From: an uncultured Armatimonadetes bacterium
Lineage (GTDB): Bacteria > Armatimonadota > Hebobacteria > Hebobacterales > Hebobacteraceae
Assembly: GCA_963716175.1 (NCBI GenBank)
Contig: OY970296.1
Coordinates: forward strand, 1,600,001 to 1,664,000
Reading direction: 5' to 3'
DNA: 64,000 bases
Of this stretch, positions 47,284-57,592 are shown in pieces. Numbering within the stretch: position 1 is the first letter of the stretch; each line of letters opens with the position of its first letter. A program made the position numbers and the translations under genes. Below the pieces are notes generated by a model. It did not search any database. It had not been told where the DNA came from and worked only from the letters and a program-made list of their open reading frames with translations.

Positions 47284-49772
47284 GTGAGCACTTTGCGGGT
47301 CCCACTGCGGTGGGCGATGGGAAGGCGAGTAGACAGGCTGCTGGCCGGAGTCGTCGTCTGGCTGTTGGTGGCCGGCGTGGCGGTGCCGGCGAGCGGGCAG
47401 ACTAGGGCCCCCAATGCCCTGGTGCTGCTGAGCTGCCAGGAGGAGGCGGGGATGCGCCAGGTGGTGGCCCGGATCGAGGCCGCCGGGGGCGAGGTGGACC
47501 ACCTGTTTCCGCCGCACGCGCTGATCGGTAGAGTGCCCGAAGCAGCGGCACGGGTGCTGGCAGGCGATCGCCGGGTTGACCGCATCTGCTACCGCCAGGT
47601 CGAGGCGGCGTTGGTTCCGCCCGCCTATGGCAGGGCGGCGCGGGATGCGGCCCGGGCCTGGAACGAGGTGTTTGCCAGTCCGCAGCCGGCGCCGGCTCCA
47701 CTGGCCCCGGGCAAGCCTCTAGTGGGTGATGCCCTCCCTCAGCCGCAGCCACCGGCCGGGCTCTCTCTCCAGGCGATGGGGGCGAACGCGCCGCCGGGAG
47801 CCAGTCGCTGGCAGACCAGCGAGTACCTGATGGGCAAGGTGGCAGTCTCGGTGATCCTGCCGGAGAGCACGGGCGCGATTGACCCAAGCACCGAGGATTG
47901 GGGCGCCGACCGGCAGTCGCTGGTGGTATCCGAGATCGTGGCTGGGATGAACTGGTGGATCTCGGTATACCCCTATTCGGTGGCGCGGCCTTCGTTCACC
48001 TATGTCTACCATTACGGGGTGCCAACAGGCTATGAGCCGATCATGCATCCCCAGGAGGAGCAGGGGCTGTGGATGTCCGAGGTGATGACGGAGCTGGGGC
48101 ACTCCTGCACCGCGCACGACTACTTGTCGGCGATCAACGAGTACGACAACGCGCTGAGGGAGAGCCAGCAGACGGACTGGGCCTTCACCATCTTCGTGGT
48201 GGACAGCGCCAATCGGACCACGGGCGAATTCCCGGATGGTGGTTTCGCCTACGGCTATGTGGGCGGGCCCTGCCTGGTGATGACCTATGGCAACGATAAC
48301 TGGGGGATTGGCCGCATGGACCGCGTGGTGGCCCATGAGACAGGGCACATATTCAGGGCCGGGGATGAGTACTGCGAGAGCAGCAGTAACTGCTGCGATC
48401 CGAAGGAGTACTGCGGCTATCTCAAGGTGGCTAACTCCAACTGCGACAGCGGCGTGCACTGCGTGATGGCGGATGTCGCCTGGAACGCGGTCTGCTCGGT
48501 GACCCGACAGCAGCTCGGCTGGCGGGACTCGGACGGAGACGGCTGCCCCGATATCCTGGAGGTGGCCCCCGCGGCTTCGATGAACACGTACAGCCCCGAC
48601 CCCACGGGGGACGCCACCCCTGCTTTCAGTGGTACTGCGTGGGTGAACTCTTACCCGAACCAGCTCTACCCGGGGAGCGACGTGACGATCAACCGCGTCG
48701 CCGGGGTGCAGTACCGGGTGGATGGCGGGGGATGGCGGGAGGCAGCAGCGGCAGACGGGGGCTTTGATGAGGGGACGGAAAGCTTCACCCTCACCACCCC
48801 CGTGATCCCTACCGGCACGCACACGGTGGAGGTGCGAGGGGTAGACAGCAGTGGCAACGTGGGCGCGCCGCCCTATGCCAGCGATACGGTCACCATCGTG
48901 AGAGCGCATCAGGTGCTGGTGAGCGCGGCGGCAGCCCTGACCCCGATCTACTCGCAGGCGGTGACACCACTGACCGCGGCGGCGACCGACGAGCTGGGGG
49001 ACGACATCATCTCCTGGCTCTGGAGTGATGGCGGCGCGGGAGGGAGCTTCTCGCCCAGCGGGGCGGTGCAGAACCCCAGCTACACGGCGCCGGTGAGGCT
49101 GGGGTCAGGGGATTTTACGATAAGGCTCACGGCCACCGCGACCTGCAATGGCGTGCCGCCGGCGCAGGGCGAGGGGATCGTGCAGTTGGTGGTGCACGAC
49201 TTCACGGATATCCCTCATGACCAGTGGGCGGCGGATGCGATCTACGCCTGCTATCGCGCCGGGATGGTTTCCGGCTATCCGGACGGCAGCTATCAGCCAG
49301 ACGAAGCCGTGACCCGGGATCAGATGGCGGTGTACCTGGCGCGGGCAGTGGCCGGGGGGAGGACAAGATTCCCGATGGCCCCGCGGTGCCGAGCTTCCCG
49401 GACGTGGAGAGCGACTACTGGGCGTATAAGTATATCGAGTACGCGAAGGGGCAGAATGTGGTGGCCGGCTACCCGGATGGCAGCTACCAGCCTACGGTGG
49501 AACTCGACCGGGGTCAGATGGCGGTGTTCATCGCCAGGGCCATCGCCACCCCCAGCGATCGGCCGAACCTAACCAGCTACACGCCGCCAACCACTGCCAC
49601 GTTCCCAGATGTGCCGACGAGCTTCTGGTCGTTCCAGTTCGTCGAGTACATCGCCGACCCGGCGCGGGGCGTGACCGAAGGCTACCTGGACGGCAAGTAC
49701 CACCCCGAGTACGTCTGCACCCGGGACCAGATGGCGGTGTATCTGGCGCGGGCCTTCAAGCTGCCGAGGTGA
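47284..49772 (+). CDS. SLH-anchored zinc metallopeptidase-like protein (frameshift in G run 49354-49359)
   Basis: Signal peptide, VAHETGHIF (HExxH), Ig-like region, SLH repeats continuing in the 49224-49772 frame. Confidence 0.8.
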
Positions 49773-49993
49773 GGTAGGAGGGCGTCGCGACAGGAGTGTC
49801 GCTCCTGTGGACCTACTCGCGGTTCGGGCTAGATGTGCCGTGGCGGGAACAGATGCGCCCCGGGTGAGATGGCAGTCTATCTGGCGCGGCGTTCAGGCTG
49901 GCCGGGTGAGGTGCGACTGCCTCGCGACAGGAACGTCGCGCCTACCGCGGCAGGCAGAGGCCGGGTGCAGGGCAGTTCAGTGGGAGGTGAGGG

Positions 49994-50830
49994 ATGCAGA
50001 AGATCGGCTTGATCGGGGTGGGGAATATCGGGAGCCGGTTTGCGCAGATCTTGTGCCAAGCTGGGCATACGGTAGTGGTATTCGATGCTGACTCGAAGAA
50101 GATGGTGGCGACGGCAAGCCTGGGCGCGCGTCTGGCCACTAACCCGGCCGAGGTGGCGGCGAGGTCGGACGTGATCCTCCTGTGCCTTCCGGATAGCCGC
50201 GCGGTGGAGCACGTGATGGAGGGTTCGGAGGGGCTGCTAGCTGCTCTCAAGCCGGCGCAACTAGTAGTGGACACCGGGACCACTCATCCGGAGACCGATA
50301 TCCGCTATGCGCGGCGGTGCGAGGAGAAGGGCGCGGGCCTGATCGACGCTCCCATCACGGGCCGGAGCCAGGGCTTCATCTTCATGGTCGGCGGGACGCC
50401 CGAGAACTTCGCCAGGGCGCGGGAAGTGCTGGAGCGGCTGGGCTATAAGGTGAAACACATCGGGCCCGTCGGCCGGGGACAGATGCTGAAGCTGATGAAC
50501 CAGATGGTGCTGGCCGGCCAGTGGGCGGTGTGGGCGGAGGCGATGGCCTGGGGTGAGAAGGCCGGGGTGGAGCCGCGGCTGCTGCGGGACTATCTGGAGT
50601 TCCCGGTGGACGAAGGGCTGTATGGAGATGATTTCACAGGCGGGGGCACGCTGGCGCTGCACTACAAGGACCTGGGATATGCGCTCGATCTGGCGCACAA
50701 GAACGGGGCGGTGGTTCCGGTGACTAATGTCGTGCATGAGGCGTTCAAGGCGGTGAAGGCCTGGGGCGATCCGAGCTGGACGCAGGCCGGGATTGTCACT
50801 TACTGGCGTCGGCTGGGCGGGTGGAAGTAG
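49994..50830 (+). CDS. NAD(P)-dependent 3-hydroxyisobutyrate dehydrogenase family protein
   Basis: IGLIGVGNIG, IDAPITG, MVGG, KLMNQ, KDL. Confidence 0.88.
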   Translation: MQKIGLIGVGNIGSRFAQILCQAGHTVVVFDADSKKMVATASLGARLATNPAEVAARSDVILLCLPDSRAVEHVMEGSEGLLAALKPAQLVVDTGTTHPETDIRYARRCEEKGAGLIDAPITGRSQGFIFMVGGTPENFARAREVLERLGYKVKHIGPVGRGQMLKLMNQMVLAGQWAVWAEAMAWGEKAGVEPRLLRDYLEFPVDEGLYGDDFTGGGTLALHYKDLGYALDLAHKNGAVVPVTNVVHEAFKAVKAWGDPSWTQAGIVTYWRRLGGWK

Positions 50831-50934
50831 CTGACGGCCAGCAGCGGGAGGGTGGCCGTTCCGCTCCAGACCAGGGCCCGCGGTGCTATCCGTAGATGGC
50901 GCAGACTGATGAAGATAACAGGCGAGGAGAGAGG

Positions 50935-51822
50935 ATGAGCAAGAAGGTCTGGTATACGGGCGAGGAGATTGTGGGGGGCCCGCGCCGGCAGGGCATCGAG
51001 GAGCCGCTTCACATCCACTTCCACTTCATCCCGCCGCGGCCGGCCGACCTGTGCATGACGCTGGACCCGGTGTCCAAAGAGGTGAACGCGATGGCGGGGA
51101 CGGTGGGGCCGCTCACCTGGACGCCGCTGACCATCTGCCTGCATATCGAGATCAGCGAGCTGAGCGACACCTACCGCAATCTCATCGCCACCAAGGAATG
51201 CGTGATCGCGTTCCCCACCAAGACGCAGTTGCGGGAGACCTGGATCCTCAACATGCGGCTGCCGCGGGGGATCAGCGAGCTGGAGGTGGCGCGCCTCACC
51301 CCGCTGCCCTCGAAACTGGTGGCGCCTCCCGGGGTAGCGGAGTGCCCGGTCAACCTGGAGTGCAAGGTCGAGTTCCACAAGGACTACTATAGCCACGGGA
51401 TCTTCTTCTGCCGGGTGATCGGCGGCAGCATTGATGAGGAGATGCTCGGCTGGCCCCGGGAGCGGGTGATGAACCTGTACCCGACCTATGAGGTGGATGA
51501 CACTCGGAACCAGTGGGGCGGACACATCGAGCGGCTGGGAGTCCTGGGCGAACTCTACGAAACCCCGGTGTTCCCGATGGGGGTAAAGGAGGGGTGGTGG
51601 CCGGCCGGGATCGAGGAGTGGATCGAGCAGTTGAGAGAGGAAGGCCGCCTCAGCGTGGAGGAGGCGAGGAAGATGTCGGGGTGGCAGCAGACCTTCGCGG
51701 CGGAGTTCGAGAGACTGGATTCACCCGCGCGGGCGGGGGCCCGCGCCAAGCTTACCCGCGCCTGCGAGCTGATCGCGTGGGAGGAGTGGGAGAAGGTGAG
51801 GGAGCACTTGCGGGGGAGGTGA
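50935..51822 (+). CDS. Flavin reductase-like (DIM6/NTAB) protein
   Basis: DTYRN...TKE.VI, SELE...LT..PS..V.PP.VAECPVNLEC. Confidence 0.75.
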   Translation: MSKKVWYTGEEIVGGPRRQGIEEPLHIHFHFIPPRPADLCMTLDPVSKEVNAMAGTVGPLTWTPLTICLHIEISELSDTYRNLIATKECVIAFPTKTQLRETWILNMRLPRGISELEVARLTPLPSKLVAPPGVAECPVNLECKVEFHKDYYSHGIFFCRVIGGSIDEEMLGWPRERVMNLYPTYEVDDTRNQWGGHIERLGVLGELYETPVFPMGVKEGWWPAGIEEWIEQLREEGRLSVEEARKMSGWQQTFAAEFERLDSPARAGARAKLTRACELIAWEEWEKVREHLRGR

Positions 51823-52041
51823 GCGCGGGGCGCGGCGGTTTCGGGCAGTGAAGTCCGGAAGCACCAGCAACTGCCATCCGCAGATTGCGCAGATTACCCA
51901 GCTAGCGCGGTCTCGGGACTGAAGTCCCGAAAGACCGAGAGCTGACCGCACATTCCGCATGGCTTCGCCCCTGCCCGTTGGGCCGGGGCATCAGTTGCCT
52001 CTGGTGAGTTGCCTCCTGCCCTGCGCTCTCCGCCGCGAATG

Positions 52042-52284
52042 CTACCAGAAATGCCGCTTGGCAAACGCCCAGCCCGACCCAGTCTTGAGGTAGGCCTCGA
52101 ACGCGGCGGCCCTCTTGTCGTCCGCAAAGGCAAGCGCAAGGCACAGGTTCCAAGGGCGGTACTTCGAGGTGTGAGGTGATTTGCCAGCGTTATGGTCGGC
52201 CAAGCGCGCTTCCACGTCCGATGTCAGACCGATGTATCGCTGTCTGGGATGGCTAACACTTCGCAGCAGGTATACGCACTTCAC
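52042..52284 (-). CDS. Small GIY-YIG nuclease family protein
   Basis: VYLLRS..YIG.T.D...RL..HN.G.S.HT..YRPW..FE.YLKTGSG.AF..RH. Confidence 0.88.
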   Translation of the reverse strand: MKCVYLLRSVSHPRQRYIGLTSDVEARLADHNAGKSPHTSKYRPWNLCLALAFADDKRAAAFEAYLKTGSGWAFAKRHFW

Positions 52285-52498
52285 CTGACACGCTCCCGAG
52301 GCTGACTTGGCAGTGGCGCATACCCCACGTTGCCCCCTCCGCCGGAGCGACTCGGCCAAGCCTCCATCGCCCAGGGGCGTCGGGGAGCTATGTGGGGCAC
52401 CCTTCGCCCGAGTGACACCGATTGCTGGCCGCCTCCGTGCGAGAATGGCTTGCCACCCGAAGCTCCTTGGCGCCCGCTAGGGCGACAAGGGCGAAGGG

Positions 52499-52572
52499 TG
52501 GTGGAGCCAGGCGGATTCGAACCGCCGCCTCGTCCGTGCGAGGGACGCGTCTTCCCACTCGACTATGGCCCC
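52499..52572 (-). tRNA. tRNA-Ala(CGC)
   Basis: GGGGCCA/TGGCTCC acceptor with G3:U70, CGTCC-CT-CGC-AC-GGACG anticodon arm, GGCGG-TTCGAAT-CCGCC T arm, ACCA end. Confidence 0.93.
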
Positions 52573-52595
52573 ACGAGGAGACGTGAGTACTGAAC

Positions 52596-52762
52596 GGCGG
52601 ACATGCAGTCCTGCTTCGCCAAGGCTTCGCAGGACAAGCGACATGCCCGCCCTACAAGCTACCAGAGAGCAGAGGCAGCGTCAAGCAAGACGCGCCCGCG
52701 GCAGCCATAGCATCCGCCCTACAGAACGGCCGGCGGGCATGCCTGCAGCATACCCGCCCTAC
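52596..52762. repeat. Tandem GTAG-type REP cluster
   Basis: Three units ending CCGCCCTAC near 52655, 52722 and 52762. Confidence 0.7.
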
Positions 52763-52838
52763 TCGTGGGAGGGCGGCCGAAGGTCTGGTGCATTCGAAGG
52801 GGGAGGCAGATCCTCCCCCTTCGATTCTTCCCCCTCCT

Positions 52839-53678
52839 TCAGAGGCCGGCGGCACGCCAGACGCCGAGCAGGGCTTCGGCGGTCAGGCGGATGGCCTCCT
52901 CGGGCGGCAGGCCTCGCAGCTTCTTGCTGAAGGGCTCCGGAACGACTGGGCCGGTGTAGCCGATCTCCTTCAGACCGGTGAGAAAGCCGACCAGGTCAAT
53001 CACCCCGGACTCGCCGGGGAGCCGGCGATCGTTGTCTATCTGCTCATCCGGAGCTCGTCCCTCCGCACCGTCGTTGATGTGGACATCCACGATCAGGGCA
53101 TCACTGAGCCGGCGGAGGTCCTCCAGGGAGCCATGGGAGGTATACCAGTGGAAGCAGTCGAGGAGGAGGCCCACGTTCCCAGTGCCGATGGCCTGGCACA
53201 GGTCGAGCATGCCGTCCATGGTGTGGATGAACTCGTGGGTGTGCCCCTGGCGGAGGGTCTTGGGCCCGACGAACTCCAACCCGAGTCTGCAGCCGTGATC
53301 GGCCAGCACCTCGGCGCAGCCGCGCAAGCGCGTCCGGTGCAGCTCCAGGTTCTGTGCGAAGGTCAAGCTGTCGGAGAAGGGCAGAATCCAGGTCGAGCAG
53401 CGGTCGGCCCCGATCTGCTTGGCCGCCTTTGCCAGGCGGGACAACCCCGCCAGCCCCTGCCGATAGCTCTCCTCATCGGCCCGGAATTCCACGGGCAAAC
53501 CCCAGGCTGCCGGCAGCAGCTTGTTCTTCTCCAACACCGACCTCACCCCGCCGATGTCCGCGGCCGCGGCTTCGATGCTCACGCCAATGCCTTTGAAGCC
53601 CGCGCCCGCGGCCACCCGGGCACATTCCTCAGACGGCAGATCCACACCGATCGCACCTGGTTCCAGAGCTGGGTACAT
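52839..53678 (-). CDS. Sugar phosphate isomerase/epimerase (xylose isomerase-like TIM barrel)
   Basis: LGLEF, NVGLLLDCFHW, VHIND, LPGESGVIDL, GYTGPV..E. Confidence 0.85.
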   Translation of the reverse strand: MYPALEPGAIGVDLPSEECARVAAGAGFKGIGVSIEAAAADIGGVRSVLEKNKLLPAAWGLPVEFRADEESYRQGLAGLSRLAKAAKQIGADRCSTWILPFSDSLTFAQNLELHRTRLRGCAEVLADHGCRLGLEFVGPKTLRQGHTHEFIHTMDGMLDLCQAIGTGNVGLLLDCFHWYTSHGSLEDLRRLSDALIVDVHINDGAEGRAPDEQIDNDRRLPGESGVIDLVGFLTGLKEIGYTGPVVPEPFSKKLRGLPPEEAIRLTAEALLGVWRAAGL

Positions 53679-53914
53679 GAGTCCCTCCACAGAGAAGGTG
53701 GCGGCTGAAGGCAGGCCGCGGGCGCAAGGGTAACATGCTCCATCGCTCAGATCAAGTCACGTGTTGCTGGTTCACCCGGCATGGTGTTGACAAATTGTCG
53801 TTGAAATGGGATAAGTGTCACGGTATAGGCCTTAATAAGCTCAAATGGCAGGAGCCAGTCTCCAGAGGCGACTAAAGCTTCCGCCCAGCGAGGCGCAGCG
53901 GCAAGGGTTAGCTC

Positions 53915-54109
53915 ATGTACCTGATGTCGGTGGAGGAACTGGCGGAATACCTGGGGGAGAGCAAACGCACCATCTACCGATATATCCAGTCGGGCGATTG
54001 CCCGCGCTACGTCCGCCTGACGGCCCGCAACATCAAGTTCGACAAGCGGGACGTGGACGCGTGGCTGGAATCCAAGAAGGTGGACCCGGGAAAGAAGGGC
54101 GAGCGATGA
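53915..54109 (+). CDS. Excisionase-family (HTH_17) DNA-binding protein
   Basis: LMSVEELAEYLG.S.RTIYR.I..G..P..KF...DVDAWL. Confidence 0.8.
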   Translation: MYLMSVEELAEYLGESKRTIYRYIQSGDCPRYVRLTARNIKFDKRDVDAWLESKKVDPGKKGER

Positions 54110-54702
54110 GCTGGTGGCACGCGGTCAGATGGGTGGCTCTGGTGGCGATAGCCCTAGTGGTGACAGTGGGGCTGGCGCGCCTGTTCTCGGGGCCGGAGGA
54201 CACCTGGATCAGGGACGCTTCGGGGCAGTGGGCAGCGCACGGCCACCCGGCCGGGCCGCCGCCCGGAGCCGATTACCAGCGCCCGTGGAGCGAGCGTTTC
54301 CTACCGGCGTTCTTCCTGGCGGCCTTTGGCGCCGGGCTGCTGGCGGCCTTTCTCCGGCCTGCCCGGTCACCGGCCGGGCCGGAATCGCTGCGCCGGGGGC
54401 TGCAGTTGCTGCGCGCAATCAGCGTGATCTCGCTGGTGCTGGCGGGCGGCCTGGCGCTGGCGCTGCCGCTGAGCCTGGTGTCGGGTCTGTGGATGGCCCC
54501 GGAGCGACCAGAGGGGTTTGACCTTATGAGCGCGGTGGTCCTGCTGGGGCTGGCCGGGCTGACCGGATTCCTGGCGCTGTTGGGGGCGGTTGCGCATGCG
54601 GCGAAGAAGGTGCTGGAGGCGCACTACGACCTCAAGCGGCAGATGGCGCTGCTGCAGGAGACGATTGACCAATGGCCGCGGGCGCGGCTTGACAGCGAGT
54701 GA
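54106..54702 (+). CDS. Multi-pass membrane hypothetical protein
   Basis: Four hydrophobic segments; ATGA overlap with HTH gene. Confidence 0.65.
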   Translation: MSWWHAVRWVALVAIALVVTVGLARLFSGPEDTWIRDASGQWAAHGHPAGPPPGADYQRPWSERFLPAFFLAAFGAGLLAAFLRPARSPAGPESLRRGLQLLRAISVISLVLAGGLALALPLSLVSGLWMAPERPEGFDLMSAVVLLGLAGLTGFLALLGAVAHAAKKVLEAHYDLKRQMALLQETIDQWPRARLDSE

Positions 54703-54799
54703 GAGCTTGAGATATGGTCGGCGCACTCGGGTCGCGAGGCGCCATGGGGCAGACTGTCGTGCTGCCCCAGCGACTGGAGCACCGGATGGAGGGTAAGCG

Positions 54800-56137
54800 G
54801 TGAGCTTTTCGCCCCATACCAGGGAAGACGTGGAGAGGATGCTGCGGGCGATCGGCCTGCCCCAGGTGGACCGCCTGTTCGACGAGGTGCGGGCGGCCCT
54901 GCCCCCGGGCGAGGTGCCTGACCTGCCCAGCTACAGCGAATTCGAGCTTCGCCATCACCTTTGGGATATCGCCCGCCTGAACGGCCGCCCCGACCAGACC
55001 CCCTGTTTCCGGGGCGCGGGGGCCTACGAGCACTACGTCCCTGCGGCCGTTTCCCACATCATCTCGCGGGGCGAGTTCCTCACCGCCTACACTCCCTACC
55101 AGGCCGAGATCAGCCAGGGCACACTGCAGGCGATGTACGAGTTCCAGACCATGGTGTGCGAGCTGATGGGCCTGGAGGTGGCGAATGCCTCCATGTACGA
55201 TGGCGCTTCCGCGCTGGCGGAGGCGGCGCTGATGGCGATGCGGATCACCCGCAAGCGGCGTCTGCTGGTGTCCGCCGCGATCCACCCTCACTGGCTTCAG
55301 GTGGTGAGGACATATACCGCCAATGTGGAGCCCGAGATCGTGCTGCTGCCCGCTCCGCAGGGGGTGACCAGCAGGGAGGCGCTAGCCGACTGCTTGGATG
55401 AGGAGACGGCGGCGGTGATAGTGCAGAACCCGAACGTGTTCGGTCTGATTGAGCCCACGCGGGAGATCGGATCCCAGTTGCAGGGCAGGGGGCTGTACAT
55501 CATCGCGGCCTATCCCACCGCGCTGGGCTTGCTCGCCAGCCCCGGGGAGGCCGGGGCGGACATCGCGGTGGGCGAGGGGCAGCCGCTGGGGATTCCGCTC
55601 TCCTATGGCGGGCCCTATCTGGGCCTGTTCGCCACCCGGATGGAGCACTTGCGCCAGATGCCGGGGAGGATCGCGGGAGTGGCGTACGATGACCAGGGCC
55701 GGCGGGGATATGTGATGAGCCTGCAGGCGCGGGAGCAGCACATCCGCCGCGAGCGCGCCACCTCTAACATCTGCTCCAACCAGGCACTGTGCGGACTGGC
55801 GGCCACGGTCTACCTGTCGCTGATGGGCCCCAGCGGATTGCGCACTATCGCCGAGCGGAGCTTCGTGATCGCCCACCAGTTGTCGGAGCGGCTGGCGGCC
55901 CTGCCAGGCTGCTCCTTGGCCTTCGACCAGCCCTTCTTCAACGAGTTCCTGCTCAACCTGCCGGTGCCGGCGGAAGATATGGAGCGGGAGCTCTGGAACG
56001 ACGGCATCATCTCGGGCTTGCCGCTGGGACGGTGGTGGCCGGAGCGAGGTAACCAGATGCTGTTCTGCGCCACGGAGATCATCACCGAGGCCGCCATCCA
56101 CCGGCTGGTGGCGGGGATGGAGGAGGCACTGCCGTGA
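54800..56137 (+). CDS. gcvPA: Glycine dehydrogenase subunit 1
   Basis: GAGAY.HYVP, EFLTAYTPYQAEISQG, NASMYDG, REQHIRRERATSNIC. Confidence 0.95.
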   Translation: MSFSPHTREDVERMLRAIGLPQVDRLFDEVRAALPPGEVPDLPSYSEFELRHHLWDIARLNGRPDQTPCFRGAGAYEHYVPAAVSHIISRGEFLTAYTPYQAEISQGTLQAMYEFQTMVCELMGLEVANASMYDGASALAEAALMAMRITRKRRLLVSAAIHPHWLQVVRTYTANVEPEIVLLPAPQGVTSREALADCLDEETAAVIVQNPNVFGLIEPTREIGSQLQGRGLYIIAAYPTALGLLASPGEAGADIAVGEGQPLGIPLSYGGPYLGLFATRMEHLRQMPGRIAGVAYDDQGRRGYVMSLQAREQHIRRERATSNICSNQALCGLAATVYLSLMGPSGLRTIAERSFVIAHQLSERLAALPGCSLAFDQPFFNEFLLNLPVPAEDMERELWNDGIISGLPLGRWWPERGNQMLFCATEIITEAAIHRLVAGMEEALP

Positions 56138-57592
56138 GCGCGCGCACGATTTTCGAGAAAGGCCGGAGCGGCCGGGGCACCAGCTATGTCTCCGCGCGGT
56201 GGGATGGCAGGCCTGCGCGACCAGCTCCCGGCCGATGCGGCGAGGCAAAGGCCGCCGGCACTGCCCGAGGTGACCGAGGGGGAGGTGGTGCGCCACTACA
56301 CCAACTTGGCGCGGAAGAACTGGGCGGTGGATGTGGGGTTCTACCCGCTGGGGTCGTGCACCATGAAGTACAACCCGCGGGTGTCCGAGCAGATCGCGGC
56401 CTGGCCGGAATTCGCGGCCGCCCATCCCCTGCGGCCGGTGCGCGCGGCGCAGGGATGGCTGCGGATCATGTACGAGACCGAGCGCATGCTCTCGCAGCTC
56501 TGCGGAGTGGAGCGGTTCACGCTGCAGCCGGCGGCCGGGGCGCAAGGCGAGCTCTGCGGGATGCTGATGATCCGGCGTTACCACGCCGAGCGCGGTGATC
56601 GCCGCAACACCGTGATCGTGCCCGACAGCGCGCATGGCACCAATCCGGCGACCGCGGCGCTGGCCGGCTTCTCCGTCAGGACTTGCCCCTCCAAGGATGG
56701 GCTGGTTGACCTGGGGGCGCTGCGGAGTCTGCTGGACGACCAGGTGGCGGGGATCATGCTCACCAACCCCAACACTCTGGGTCTGTTCGAGCGCGATATT
56801 CAGGAGGTGTGTGGCCTGGTGCATGAGGCCGGGGGCTTAGCTTACTATGACGGGGCCAACTTCAACGCGCTGGTGGGCCGGTTTCGGCCGGGCGATATGG
56901 GCTTCGATGTAGTGCACTTGAACCTGCACAAGACGTTCGCTACGCCACACGGCGGGGGCGGCCCAGGCGCGGGGCCCGTGGGCGTGGTCGAGAAGCTGGA
57001 GGCGTATCTGCCGGTGCCGTTGGTGCGGAAAGGACCAGAGGAGTTCGAGCTGGAGGAGGATCGTCCCCGCAGCATCGGGCGGCTGAACGCGTTCGCGGGG
57101 AACGCGCTGGTGATCCTGCGCGCCTATGCCTATCTTCGCCTGTTGGGGACGGCCGGGCTGAGGGAGGCGAGCGGGGAGGCGGTGCTGGCGGCCAACTACC
57201 TGAAGCATCGGCTGGCCGGGGCCTATCAGCCTTCGCAACCGGGTCGCTGCATGCACGAGTTCGTGCTCTCTGCCGCGCGGCAGAAGGAGCGCGGGGTTCG
57301 CGCCCTGGACATTGCCAAGCGCTTGATTGACCTGGGGTTCCATCCGCCCACGGTCTACTTCCCGCTGACCGTGCCGGAGGCGCTGATGATCGAACCCACC
57401 GAGACCGAGAACCTCGAGACCCTGGATGCCTTTGCCGACGCCATGCTGGCCATCGCCGAGGAGGCGGAGAGCAACCCGGAGGTGCTGCACGGCGCTCCGC
57501 ATCACACCCCGGTGGGCCGCTTGAACGAGGTGGCGGCGGCGAAGGACCTGAACCTGCGGTGGCAACCGGGGACGGCGGAAGGGAGGGGGAAC
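56134..57592 (+). CDS. gcvPB: Glycine dehydrogenase subunit 2 (frameshift near 56186-56215; runs in frame into gcvT as given)
   Basis: TIFEKG..GR N-terminus, YPLGSCTMKYNP, LQPAAGAQGE, NLHKTFATPHGGGGPG, MIEPTETE. Confidence 0.9.

Noticed and set aside
54703-54799. Glycine riboswitch before gcvPA
   Set aside because: Gap under 100 nt and lacks the GGAGA..CCGAAG..CTCTCAGG aptamer signature
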